In this document: one piece after another, positions 41,981-53,238 of the stretch | Layout: each line of letters starts with the position of its first letter | Numbering within the stretch: the stretch's first letter is position 1 | NCBI GenBank assembly: GCA_000002445.1 | Contig: CP000071.1 | Coordinates: forward strand, 1,952,001-2,016,000 | Reading direction: 5' to 3' | Source: Trypanosoma brucei | Lineage: Eukaryota | Length of the DNA stretch: 64,000 nt | Position numbers and translations under genes: made by a program | The notes under the pieces: model-generated | The model's database searches: none | Seen by the model: the letters and a program-made list of their open reading frames with translations, nothing else | What the model was told of the DNA's origin: nothing

Positions 41981-42775
41981 TTAATACTTCAACGGCTGAT
42001 CAACAGGGTGGTTAACTTCAACATCCCTGACCAACTCGGGTAGTTTACCAAAAACACGATGGTATTCGTCCAGTGTCAAGAAAAGGTCACTCTTCACATA
42101 CATTTTCAGAGACGACGTGTTTGGAAAAAGAGTTGGGTGGCTCGTCCTCGCGTTGTCCAAAAAATTTTTTCTCTTAGAAACGCCTTCTGAAAGGACAAGC
42201 GAAAGTAACTTCGTAAGCTTACGTACGTCATCTGCGACCATCTCCGCAATAACATCTTCAGGTACGTCCACCTTTTCAGACTGGGCTACAACCCCAGGAA
42301 TCTTATCTACAAAACAAACGTATTGACCACCAAGTGGAACGACATCGTCATTTAAATATAGCACCCGCACGTCAGAGAAAATAGGTTCCTCCGTAGACTT
42401 GCATTCGGCGTCCATGAGTATCAAAAGTTCAGCCACATATCGATCAACCGCTTCAAAGAGCCCAACAAAGTGTGTCCCATAATCGAGAAAGATACCCGAC
42501 GGTGGTGAAGGGGGGCAACTCTGCTCGCTCAATGGGTTTCGACTCTTAACTGTAGCTGCATCGATCAGTTCCTGAAACACCTGGGAAAATGGACGCGAGG
42601 AGTCCTCCTTTAATTCGCCTGCAATTACTACCTTGGAAATAAAGGGATCCGTTCTATTTCTTTCCATCGTATGAAACTGCTTGAGCATTACATCCAGCAA
42701 TGTTTGCGCCTCCTCAAATGTATCTGCAGCCCGTAGTTGAGCATCCTCGGCTACACTCGACCCACCTTTTGTCAT
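41981..42775 (-). CDS. Hypothetical protein (264 aa); first gene of the minus-strand array
   Basis: Clean ORF with a purine-rich (poly-Y on minus) tract just upstream at 42776-43000. No family recognised. Confidence 0.5.
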   Translation of the reverse strand: MTKGGSSVAEDAQLRAADTFEEAQTLLDVMLKQFHTMERNRTDPFISKVVIAGELKEDSSRPFSQVFQELIDAATVKSRNPLSEQSCPPSPPSGIFLDYGTHFVGLFEAVDRYVAELLILMDAECKSTEEPIFSDVRVLYLNDDVVPLGGQYVCFVDKIPGVVAQSEKVDVPEDVIAEMVADDVRKLTKLLSLVLSEGVSKRKNFLDNARTSHPTLFPNTSSLKMYVKSDLFLTLDEYHRVFGKLPELVRDVEVNHPVDQPLKY

Positions 42776-45700
42776 ATTTCAATATCGACGGAAGCTAGTT
42801 GATGCGGTGGAAAGTGATAGGGTTAGCAATATCAGACGGAATTTGGCTCTCGAATAAGACACTGAAAGTAAGAAGACTAGGTGCGTCACTAGAAAAGAAT
42901 ACGGCATACGTCATGCCCACATAAACACAAAGGCAAACCGGGAACATATTGTATGCCCCTTCATACCATCCAAGGATATAACAGTAGGGTTAAAGCACCA
43001 TGTGATCAGTATGACTGGGTTCAAAAAAAAATACTTACATCACGTATTAATAGTCTTCCAGGATGCAAAACATAACAGACTGACTATGGTGAGATTTGCC
43101 CCCACAGATGCCATGAGACTTCTGACCGTCGCTACCGCTGGATGTAGGAACGGCGATTTAGTGATATGCATCGAAGTGAGCAGACTGGATGCTGCAACAT
43201 TTTCAAACGGCATCCGATTCCCAGAAAATGTCTCTGAAAGTTCCAACTCAAGTAAAGGTGGAAAACACGCTAATGCCAGTGAGCAGTAGCTGATGCAACC
43301 CACGTAACGGTCAGAAGTGTATCAGAAATGATTCACGATGTTTTCTATATCACAGGTGGAGAGTGATTGTAAAAAAGAGGCTCAGATATTCCCTCTGGCC
43401 GAGACTGCAGAATCTAGGTGGGAAGCGCCGCATCGTAAAACAAAAATAACGCCTTCGGAGTCCACCATGTCGCGCAGAGAGTTTTCGGTGATATATTAGT
43501 TAGTGCCACGAAAAAAGAACGCAGTAAAAAAAAACCACATGGTACAAAAAGGTTGAATCACCTAACAAAGGAAAAGGGGAAAAAGAGCGTCCAACAACAA
43601 CCATTACACAAAGAAAAAAGTAAAAGAAATGTAACGACACACCACCAAAGTGTGTAGCAATCCTTTGCGGCCGCATACCTCCGACAAAGCGTACCACATA
43701 AATGCACTTCTTGAAGATATGCAAGTTTGCACAAACCCACTTGCCCGAATGTATGCATTTTCCTAGACCGCACCCTGTCCCCTCTTTTTTTCCTTTTTAC
43801 AGGTGGCTGAGATGCTATGAAAACATGGAGACCCTCCCCATCTCACAAACACACCCCCTCGCGAGAACACAAACAACGCTCTCGTTATAAACGGCCTGTT
43901 CCACGGCAAAGCGTGGCGTTAGGAAAGCTCTTACATATTCCTCATTACGACTAGGCGCGTCGAACGAAGAGGAAGGGGTACACGGGAGAGCACTTCCACA
44001 TCCTACCTCTTTCAAGCTTGTGCAGAAAGCGGATCGGGTCCCCCGTGGGAAAGCAACCATCTTCATGCAGCACTTTTAGGGTAGGACACCGCAGTCCGTG
44101 TGGGGAAGTTCCCTTGAGGCATACCTCCAGAGTATTAAGCTGAGTAGCTACATTGTGTCCGTGTTTGTACCTGACGAAAACAACTCGTTCGACGCCTTTC
44201 GTTGGGAAGTCTGGGCACCGGAGGAGTTTTGGAGCCAGATTTGGCACCAGGGCGGTTCCGTCACCCACATCTCCTCTTGCTGTGTCTCCCGCCGGGTGCT
44301 CATGCCTAGCGACTCTGGCCACCCCTGACATGGACATATTGCTTACCCCACCAACCGCACCTGTGGCACCTTCCACTCCGACTTTCGATTAATGCTTTCT
44401 TTTTTTGCGTGTGTGTAGCAGTTCCCGACCCCTTGCTGAGGAAGAAGGATGTTGATGTTTTCGCTATCTTCCTGTTCGCCCCCATCCCTGCACTCCTTGC
44501 CATCTTGACCTTCATTTACTAGGCTAGCCCTCTCATTGCCTCACATATTCCGCCCCCTAATTCCGGCGTCAGTATTCCCCCGATCAACGGGGGTGTTGCC
44601 TCTTCATATATTTGGGCACGTAACCCCAGTGACAGTGCCTTGGACATGTAGGATGTCTCGGTTGTTCGACCACCATATGAACATGCCACCACTACTCCGT
44701 GGTGACTCCCGCATACAAAACCTGTGATCTGCCAACTGAACATTCCACCCGAACGTTTCGAGCGTACTCAGCGTCCAAACATTTCTCCGACTGCTTGTGT
44801 GTCGCTCCCTGTGGAGCGATACCCGTCCTTTCCGCTCTTGCGCAGTTGGGCCTGCGCCTGCCACCCTTCGACTGGCGGAAAGCTGTTCACCAAAAGCGCT
44901 GGATTCGCCACCGGTCATGGGTTTTGCATAGGAATCGCGCGATTTCACGCGCTTTGTTTTTTCGCAGACACCTGGGAGATGCTGTCCCTCCACCTGTTGA
45001 AAGTTTTCAAACACGGATATTGGCATCCGTCTGACGGGGTCATCCTCCATATATTTCCTCTGGAGTGCCCCTGGAACGTACCCCCCGGATCTCGCACTTC
45101 TCTGCTCCAGGTTGGAAATGCCACTCTCTTCTTCCTGGGAATAGGTTCCGTTTGAGCACGGTAGATTGCGGATGGCATTATCTCACTCGTGGTGCGCACA
45201 CCTTACAACTACTAGGGAGGCCGTTCCGTCATCTTGGATGCACGCTATCTCCTGGGATGTGGCCGATCTGATTTCTCAAAAGAAGAAAAAGAAAAACATC
45301 TTCGGTTGGTGGCTCGCGGTACTGATTCCGCTGGTAGCCTACCAGCGGCATCAGAGGTTACACAGCCGTAATCACTGCCAGAGTTGTTTTTGGTTAACCC
45401 GTTCTGCCGATGCACCGTATCCTTGGAAAGCGATAACTGGGCAGGCATCTGCTTCGCGGTTCTTTTTCTCCCATGTGGCCATATCCCTTTGGCTATTTTC
45501 ATTCGCGCGGTGGAGCCACAAACCAAAACTATTCCCCCGCCCGTTAACCCTCTGAGGCAAAGGGGAGCCACAAAAGTTGTTGGTGGTTCACGCTTACTAC
45601 CGCAACCGGTGGTGTTTCCACCACAGCCCAGCGGTTGCCGCTCAGTTGCGGCCACACTGGAACCCTCTTGAAAGCAGGCTGCTGTGACAGTAAGCGGGTT

Positions 45701-47222
45701 GGCAACAGCTACGCTGGGGCAAGGGTTATTGTTGAAGCATCCAAGCTAGGTGGGTCCCCTACATCTTTTGAGTGACGGTGGCTGAGAATGGATATCCCAC
45801 CTTGATTTGTCAGCAGCTCACACCAGCAAACTTCTAAAGTGCTGTTATTATCGTCATGCCGCGATGGTTCAGAGAAGAGAATGGTGTTGGCTGCTCGCCA
45901 TTTTCTTTTTTTTTTTTGGGGGGGGGTCTGGGTGGGGCACAGGCGTGTACGCCTCCCTCTCGAGAGTCAACGCCCAGTCGTTTATAAGACCGTGACGTGG
46001 CCAGAGTGGCCCATGGTAGGTATAATAGATTTCCCTCTGAACATTATGTTATAAAGCGGGGAAATTTGTGCTAACACTCAATTTTACGTTTGCCATACAC
46101 TGCCTTTTTGGCACTGTTAAACTGTCACTTGCTCAGGAATGCCAGTGCTGGTGGTTTGGATTCTCGTACACAGTGTTTACCCGGATGTTTACAGCGTTTC
46201 CGGCAGCGTTGGTTGACCGTTTACTGTAATCTCGAATGACTTCTGATCTTGGGTTGCAGGTGTTTGCTTACCCAACGTGGCTGTGACGGAGGTCCCAGTG
46301 ATGTGTTTTCTCCCCCGTCACTTGTAAACGCTGGAGGCTACTTAATATCTGTTGATAGGTTTTTAAAGTGGGGAAGGAAAAGTATCACCTCTGCAAGGAA
46401 ATTAACAACATCCCGCTTATCTCGTCTCGCAATGCGTCACTAGCGGGATGCTTCCCCCTTCGCACTGAAGTAGGAAACTCTGCCATTTTTAAAAAAAACC
46501 TGGCAAAAAGTAGATGCACAGTGACCTCTTGTAAAGCGGCGTTGTTAACTTAATCCGTGCGTTTTTGTTTAGTCGCTTTCAAGCGACATTTCTGTGTATA
46601 TCTAGGCATGTGTGAGGATCCTCTCCATATCCTCGCCGGTCTGATGTTTGCTTTGTTGCGCACCTGAGCGTTAACCGGGCATCCACGGGGTTATGTTGAA
46701 CACCTAACTGTGTGATTCTGACAGGTGAAATACTGTTTATCCTTGCCGAGTGATTTATGTTGATTAATGGCTGAGTGACAAACGTCCCTGATTATGCTAA
46801 CAGCACCGTCAGACAACTGACACTCGCTTGATGGTTCACATAGTGTCGTCACACTCTCTACATTCCATAGCCGGCGCTGTACTTAGATTTGTTTGTTTTG
46901 CAGTCTTACTTTCACAAGGAGTAACGACCTTACTTGAAGTATATATGTGTGTGCTGTGCTTGATTGACGGAGTTTCCCAAGGGAGCTGTTTCTCACCTCT
47001 TCCTTTGTGGTGCCGTATTTACGGTGGCAAGTGCGACCAGTCACGCTTCGTATTGGTGGTGGTGGTTCTTTGTCGGCCACTTTAACCGCCGCTTTTGGGC
47101 ACTAATAAATTTATCGGTACCATTTTATAAGGTGTGTATATTTTTTTGCCCGCAGTTGGCACGTATAAAACAGCTTCCGGCTCCTTTCCTTTTCTATTTG
47201 CTCATCATTACGTAGAGTTTCG
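42776..47222. promoter_or_regulatory. Divergent strand-switch region; candidate RNA polymerase II transcription start region for both polycistronic arrays
   Basis: 4.4 kb with no ORF over 150 aa. Every gene to the left is minus-strand and every gene to the right is plus-strand. Plus-strand intergenic composition flips from purine-rich (left array) to pyrimidine-rich (right array). Contains the T12-G9 run and GT-rich stretches. Confidence 0.6.
45906..45937. repeat. T12 homopolymer followed by a G9 run and GGG-T-GGGG (G-quadruplex-capable)
   Basis: 'ttttttttttttgggggggggtctgggtgggg' is visible directly. Runs of G are the one sequence feature repeatedly noted at trypanosome divergent strand-switch regions. 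Confidence 0.85.
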
Positions 47223-48518
47223 ATGGCCGAACCGTTCTCGACGATCCTTGGAACCGACGGCAGCGGTGGTCGGTGTAAATACCTGAACAAAGGGATTGTA
47301 GGATTGGGTTCCTATGGTGAAGCATATGTAGCGGAGAGCGTGGAGGATGGGTCTCTTTGTGTAGCAAAAGTCATGGATTTAAGCAAGATGTCTCAGCGGG
47401 ATAAGCGGTACGCGCAGAGCGAAATCAAGTGTCTGGCCAACTGTAATCATCCAAACATTATTCGTTACATTGAGGACCACGAGGAAAATGATCGGTTGCT
47501 TATTGTCATGGAATTCGCTGACTCAGGCAACCTTGATGAGCAAATAAAGCTTCGGGGCACAGGAGATGCGCGCTACTTTCAAGAACACGAGGCCTTGTTT
47601 CTCTTCTTACAACTGTGTCTTGCCCTTGACTACATCCACAGCCATAAGATGCTGCACCGCGATATCAAATCTGCCAATGTGCTGCTCACATCAACAGGAC
47701 TAGTTAAGCTGGGAGACTTTGGATTCAGTCATCAATATGAAGACACCGTATCAGGCGTCGTTGCAAGTACGTTCTGTGGCACACCGTACTACCTGGCACC
47801 AGAGCTGTGGAATAATAAAAGGTACAATAAGAAGGCTGATGTGTGGTCGTTGGGTGTTTTATTGTACGAAATTATGGGCATGAAGAAACCATTTTCAGCA
47901 AGTAATTTGAAAGGTTTGATGTCGAAGGTTCTTGCTGGCACATATGCTCCCTTGCCGGATAGCTTCTCGTCCGAATTTAAACGTGTTGTTGATGGTGTCC
48001 TTGTAGCGGACCCTAATGACAGACCAAGTGTAAGGGAAATTTTTCAGATACCGTACATCAATAAGGGTCTTAAATTATTTGTGCAAGCACTGAAGAAAAA
48101 CGAACGAATCTCGGACTCGGTGAAGGAGGTCCTCGTAACACAGGTCAGCGAAATCTTATCCTCGGAAGTGAGCCCTGATGCACATCGTTTCCTGGTATCA
48201 CAAATTAACTACGACGTTACACACCGAGGACATGTAAACAAACTGGGTGGTGGAAACGGGAAGTCGTGGAAACCGAGGTTTTTGCAGATTGTTCGCGGAC
48301 AGCTCATTTTAACAGATGATGAAGAAGGAAATAATCCAAAAGGCCTAAACCTTGAACAAGTGCAGGGTGCTTGCCCGGTGCCTCACAGTACTGCAAAGAG
48401 AGATTTTGTGTTTGCCCTCAATACGGTCGGCGGAAAGGGTATGTGGTTTCAGGCTGTATCACATGGGGACATGGAAATGTGGGTTCACGCGATTCAACGT
48501 GGTATAGGTGTCGCCTAA
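47223..48518 (+). CDS. NEK (NIMA-related) Ser/Thr kinase with C-terminal PH domain (431 aa)
   Basis: Kinase motifs LGSYGEAYVA, CVAKVMDL, HRDIKSANVLL, DFGFS, GTPYYLAPELW. C-terminal approx. 100 aa KSWKPRFLQIVRGQLILTDD...DFVFALNT...WFQAVSHGDMEMWVHAIQRG matches the PH-domain pattern. Confidence 0.85.
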   Translation: MAEPFSTILGTDGSGGRCKYLNKGIVGLGSYGEAYVAESVEDGSLCVAKVMDLSKMSQRDKRYAQSEIKCLANCNHPNIIRYIEDHEENDRLLIVMEFADSGNLDEQIKLRGTGDARYFQEHEALFLFLQLCLALDYIHSHKMLHRDIKSANVLLTSTGLVKLGDFGFSHQYEDTVSGVVASTFCGTPYYLAPELWNNKRYNKKADVWSLGVLLYEIMGMKKPFSASNLKGLMSKVLAGTYAPLPDSFSSEFKRVVDGVLVADPNDRPSVREIFQIPYINKGLKLFVQALKKNERISDSVKEVLVTQVSEILSSEVSPDAHRFLVSQINYDVTHRGHVNKLGGGNGKSWKPRFLQIVRGQLILTDDEEGNNPKGLNLEQVQGACPVPHSTAKRDFVFALNTVGGKGMWFQAVSHGDMEMWVHAIQRGIGVA

Positions 48519-48855
48519 ATGTGCTTTCGCTTGCTTAACGATTGTTTTAATTATTTTTTTTTATTGCTGTGAATACATATTTTTATTCTTTCAATTATTA
48601 GAAGAGACATGGGACTGCGGGGGTAATCTATAGTTGTTCGTTTGCTTTTTTTGCTTGTTTGTTTGTGCGTATGTGTGTCCGGTATTAACGCTCTGTGTTG
48701 CTTTTGTGGCAGCTTGTGCTATATACGAGCCCAAAAGAAAACTGTTTTTGGTGGCGTCACTCCCTGTTCGGTTCATAAACTTTCGTTGTTGCTCCATCCG
48801 CGCGCTCCGTGCCAAACATTATAGGGTATTATTACGCAGTGTATTTTTATATTAG

Positions 48856-51800
48856 ATGGCAACCAACGCGCGCATTCTAGGGTTCAACTCTCCCTCTGCT
48901 CTCGTCGCTGCGGGTGACGACTTTCTCCTAGGAGCGGGGGGTGGCATCGTTATCCGACGCAAGGAAGAGTCGTCCCAGTGGATCCCTTGTGAAGGGCGCT
49001 ACGCGATCGGTGCGCTGGCGTTTTCACCCTCTGCAGGTTTGCTGTGCGTAACTGAGGTGAAGCTGGATGTGTCGCTGCACGTTTTCCGATTTCCAGAACG
49101 TCACCACCTGCAGTGTATTGATAATGTTGCGACCGTGGATGTGCAGCACATGTTATTCTCGAGTGATGGAGAAATGTTAGCCCTTCTAACATGTATACCA
49201 ACAACTTGTGTTACTTTTTATTCAGCCGCTCGCGGCAACAGATTGGTGAAATGTGCCTCGACCGAGCTAGGCGGTGTCTTCTGCAAGCACTTAACGTTTC
49301 CGTTGCATCGGCATGATTGTATAGCCGTTTTGGAACCACACGGTGTTCGAATTGCGTGCAACATGGATTCGGCCACATTTGTACCAAGTATTCTCACATT
49401 GAGTTCGAAGGGACACTATTTTCACTCTTGCGTATGGGGCACTGAGGGTCTGTACTGTGGTGCTGGTAGGGGTCAGGTAGTTCTCTTGGACGAGCTGAGA
49501 ACAGATATGAAGAATTGTATAAACTGCGAAACACCTCACAATGTTACTGCTCTACTGCAAAACGGGACTCTTTTATTCATTGGAACGGAGTGTGGTGATG
49601 TGTTTACTTACAATATTGATCAGAAGGCACAACGGCTGCTTGTGAGATTAGGTCGTTCGGTAGTTCGTTTACTGACGTTACCAGACGTAAATGATGTTTT
49701 AGTTGCAACCAGTACCGATGTAACAAAAATTTCTGTGGACACCGCGCAGTCTGTTTTTGTTCGACGCCGGAGCGCCTCCGACACTGTGAAGCTTCTGGTG
49801 TTGGGAGGTCTCGTCGTGATAGTGTGTTTAGATGGGAGTCTCGTTACTTATGATCAGGACACGAATACAGCGGTGCACAACCCTGTCAGATTTCCCGAGA
49901 AAGTTGTAGATGCGTGCGTCGTGGACTCCGTAGTGGTAGTCGTATATGACAGCGGGTTCGTCCGTTCCTTCACAGTGGAAAATACCGTTAGTGTTGTTTC
50001 CCAGATGAAGGTAAGTGACTGTCCCTTGACCGCTTGCACATCTGACGGAGTTTCACTCTTAGCTGTATGTGACAAAAATGTAGTCCATTTCATTGAGGTG
50101 GCAGATGGACTTCTTGAAACCGCAGCCTCCTCGGATATATTCGCTTGTGCCGTGACTAACTTGCGATGGGCAGTGAATGGTGGACAATCGGTGCTGGCAG
50201 CATGTAACAATGGCGAGGTGCACAACTTACGCTTCACTGGGAAGTGTGATTCCGCGTCAGCTGGTGTGACTGTTGATATGACTTGGCGCTTGGACTTCCC
50301 GGTTAACGACTTTCTGCCTCTCTACGGTGACGGCGATGTGATCAACGTCTTCGTCCACTCGGTGGACAAAGACACCAAGATGTACGCCCTGGAGCGGCAG
50401 CGAGTAAAGGAGAGTAAACCCCTGAGGCCTTACTTCCTTATGCGTGATCATGAATGCGGTGGCAATGTGCTGCAGCGTCTTGGAGGGGATAGCATCATTT
50501 CCGCAGGAGGAGATGGCAGAGTAGTTGTAAGGGATATCTCACACTACTTGATGAAATTACCTCCTGTGCCACCGACGAAAGAAAAGAAACACCCACTTAA
50601 GGAATTTTTGTTACGACCGTTTGGTAGGGGCGGTATTACGTGCCTCTCGGTGTGGAATGCTGCCGGAGGGTTTGTCTGTGGAGGAAACGATAGTGTTGTT
50701 CATTTAGTTCCCGTTGGGAAATCACCTATCCACTATTCATGGAGTGAACCCTTCTGGCACCAAAGAGCTATCTCAACATCACCGAGTCGTGCAAGTTCTC
50801 CAAGTGATGCTGAAACACTTTCAGCAGAACGGTCGCGCTGCCGTATAATATCGGCTCTGGCCGACCTGAGGATGGAAGTAGAGAAGCTGCTCCAGGAAAG
50901 AACCCCAACTGTGCGCGCAGAAGACTTCCTTTTGCCTGAACAACGACAAGCGTTTAACGAGGAATGTGAGGTGGAGATCCACAAGGCGAGGGAAGATGAC
51001 TACTACAGCCTGGTTCACAATGAGTTCGTGCAACACACGATCAAAACTGAATGTTGGGACGTCATGGAGGTGCAACGCTCGAAAATCGTGAGCATGACAG
51101 ATCCCGAAACGGAAGTTCACAACTTCCATCTGCGAAAACCTTGTGCCCAACGAGCAAAAATACAGAAAAAAATCAAACTGATGAGGGCTATACAGATAAA
51201 GACTGAGGAGTGCTTTACGTTGTCATCACTAGTTAAAAGGGCTAAGGAGGGGAACTTATGCACGGAGCAGCAGGTTTGCGGGCCCCCCAGTGATGTAGAC
51301 GAATTGCTTTATGACACTTTGGACGTCTACACCGGCCCTCGCGCGACCATACAGTTGATTTTGCTAGAATGTAAAATTCTTCACGAAAAAAAGTCATTCA
51401 ACATCCGGTTTGACACCTTGCGGGAGCGCAAGAGCCGAGAGCTGAATCTCATTGCGGAAAGGAACGGACGTTGCGTTCGCATCATGCAGCAGCTGGGAGA
51501 GCACACGTGCCCACCAAATGTTTTATTCACTCCTGTTTTTGATATAGAGGAAGACCCCCAAACTGTCTTTGAGGTTTTTGACTCTGAGATTGACCCTGAA
51601 CTCCTCAAACTAGCCGTCAAAAGTGACGATGGGGAGCTTGTAGTTTCCCCTTCCGATGAAGCTGCTTTAAAGACCTGGATGGATGGCCTCGAGAAAGTCA
51701 CCGAGGTTCTTCGCGTCAACGTGCCGATTCCCCCATTCGCTGACAACTCACTCGAGCAATATGTACCGCCTGAAGAGCGGAGTGATGAGCAACAGAGAAT

Positions 51801-53238
51801 ATTTGAGGAGTATGAAAAAGAGGTTGCAGAACAAACTGTGTTGATCAATGAGAAGAAAGAGTTACTGCGAGGGGAAGTTGCAGCATTGGTGAAAGCTAAC
51901 ATGACTTCTGCGAAAGCAATAGATGATGAGATTGACGTGCTAAGAACTGACCGTATGCTAGTCGCTCAACTCGTGGACGAGCTGGAGCTACACCAGGTGA
52001 ATGCGCTGTGTCTGTTTCTACTCAAGAAAACGATCCGCAATAAGTTTCTGGGTGTCAAGCGAGAGGAGGAGGACCTTCTGTGCCGGTTGAGGCAATTGGA
52101 TAGTCTTTACGAGTACCGCCTGAAATTGTATTTGGCCTCGGAGGCGAGGGTGCAGGACTGCATTGAAGAAGAAAAGAACATGATTACGGACATGCGCTGT
52201 TTGCCCCCATTCACCGATCCGGATTGGGGAGAGAGACTGAACAGGCGCTTCACGACTTGGCGTTCCAAGTACGAGGATGGCCTGGCTAAGGTCCCGGAAC
52301 CCACTCGCTCGGGTGTGGTTCCTATTCCACTATGGGAACAGTACTGCCAGTGCTGTAGGGCAGTCGTGGAGGCAAGGGATAAAATAATTCACCTTAGAGG
52401 CGAAGCAGACGCACTCAATGATGAAGTGGTAGAGGTTGAGACGGAAAAAAAGAAAGCACAGTTTGCACTTGACGACAAGGAAAAGGCCGAGGAGGCATGT
52501 AGAAAAGAAGTCATAGAGAAGGTACTCGACATACAAAACTTGTACACGCTGCAGCAAGGACAGGTGCAGGATGAGAACGCTATGGTGAGCGATGATTTCA
52601 CCGACTTCTCCATTCGATGGGTGAAGAACATTACAGATTACAACGACCTTATCTTCGCTAGCTTTGACGAAATACGATCCCTTATGAGTCGTTCATCACA
52701 ACTTCGGCAGTCTATGAAAACATGCTCTTGGGAAACAGAACGTCTGTTATACTGCATTGGAACGCTAGAAATGGAATTACGGCAGTTGCACACATTAAGA
52801 GTGACTCGGCAGATGCAGGAGACCATCCATACCGGCGCTGTAACGTCTCTCGAAAGGGAAATAAACAAGATGGATGCACGAATCGAGGCTGTTCGAAGTG
52901 TCATGTCAAAGAAGGTTGAGGAGCGTAACCGGGTCATATCAAAGCTAAAAATGCAAATTAACGACAGACGCGCGGAGAACCAGTACCTGAACAACCAAGT
53001 CCAAGCTCTGACAAACAGCGTTGAGGATAAGAAAGCTGTATGGGGTATGCTTGGGGAACACAACAATGATAAAGATCGTCTCCGTGAGAGGATGAGGGAA
53101 CTATACGAGAATAGCGAACTTGAGGAGTTGGCTCGCTGCCAGCAAGAGGAACTTGTTCGCCTTAAAAACGAGGTAGATCGCTTGCGTGAGGCCACATTTC
53201 CCTCATTTGCTGTTGTTACGAGGAGGACCGCCAGATGA
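48856..53238 (+). CDS. Large WD40/beta-propeller (N-terminal ~650 aa) plus coiled-coil (C-terminal ~800 aa) protein (1460 aa), CFAP43/44/57-like architecture
   Basis: 4.4-kb ORF. N-terminal half has repeated beta-strand/WD-like units. C-terminal half is heptad-rich and E/K/R/L/Q-dominated. Confidence 0.7.
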   Translation: MATNARILGFNSPSALVAAGDDFLLGAGGGIVIRRKEESSQWIPCEGRYAIGALAFSPSAGLLCVTEVKLDVSLHVFRFPERHHLQCIDNVATVDVQHMLFSSDGEMLALLTCIPTTCVTFYSAARGNRLVKCASTELGGVFCKHLTFPLHRHDCIAVLEPHGVRIACNMDSATFVPSILTLSSKGHYFHSCVWGTEGLYCGAGRGQVVLLDELRTDMKNCINCETPHNVTALLQNGTLLFIGTECGDVFTYNIDQKAQRLLVRLGRSVVRLLTLPDVNDVLVATSTDVTKISVDTAQSVFVRRRSASDTVKLLVLGGLVVIVCLDGSLVTYDQDTNTAVHNPVRFPEKVVDACVVDSVVVVVYDSGFVRSFTVENTVSVVSQMKVSDCPLTACTSDGVSLLAVCDKNVVHFIEVADGLLETAASSDIFACAVTNLRWAVNGGQSVLAACNNGEVHNLRFTGKCDSASAGVTVDMTWRLDFPVNDFLPLYGDGDVINVFVHSVDKDTKMYALERQRVKESKPLRPYFLMRDHECGGNVLQRLGGDSIISAGGDGRVVVRDISHYLMKLPPVPPTKEKKHPLKEFLLRPFGRGGITCLSVWNAAGGFVCGGNDSVVHLVPVGKSPIHYSWSEPFWHQRAISTSPSRASSPSDAETLSAERSRCRIISALADLRMEVEKLLQERTPTVRAEDFLLPEQRQAFNEECEVEIHKAREDDYYSLVHNEFVQHTIKTECWDVMEVQRSKIVSMTDPETEVHNFHLRKPCAQRAKIQKKIKLMRAIQIKTEECFTLSSLVKRAKEGNLCTEQQVCGPPSDVDELLYDTLDVYTGPRATIQLILLECKILHEKKSFNIRFDTLRERKSRELNLIAERNGRCVRIMQQLGEHTCPPNVLFTPVFDIEEDPQTVFEVFDSEIDPELLKLAVKSDDGELVVSPSDEAALKTWMDGLEKVTEVLRVNVPIPPFADNSLEQYVPPEERSDEQQRIFEEYEKEVAEQTVLINEKKELLRGEVAALVKANMTSAKAIDDEIDVLRTDRMLVAQLVDELELHQVNALCLFLLKKTIRNKFLGVKREEEDLLCRLRQLDSLYEYRLKLYLASEARVQDCIEEEKNMITDMRCLPPFTDPDWGERLNRRFTTWRSKYEDGLAKVPEPTRSGVVPIPLWEQYCQCCRAVVEARDKIIHLRGEADALNDEVVEVETEKKKAQFALDDKEKAEEACRKEVIEKVLDIQNLYTLQQGQVQDENAMVSDDFTDFSIRWVKNITDYNDLIFASFDEIRSLMSRSSQLRQSMKTCSWETERLLYCIGTLEMELRQLHTLRVTRQMQETIHTGAVTSLEREINKMDARIEAVRSVMSKKVEERNRVISKLKMQINDRRAENQYLNNQVQALTNSVEDKKAVWGMLGEHNNDKDRLRERMRELYENSELEELARCQQEELVRLKNEVDRLREATFPSFAVVTRRTAR

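Noticed and set aside
44577-44593. Perfect 6-bp hairpin CCCCCG-atcaa-CGGGGG in the strand-switch region (and GGCCAgagTGGCC near 45995)
   Set aside because: Too short to be statistically meaningful in a GC-rich 4-kb interval. Noted only as part of the strand-switch region description.
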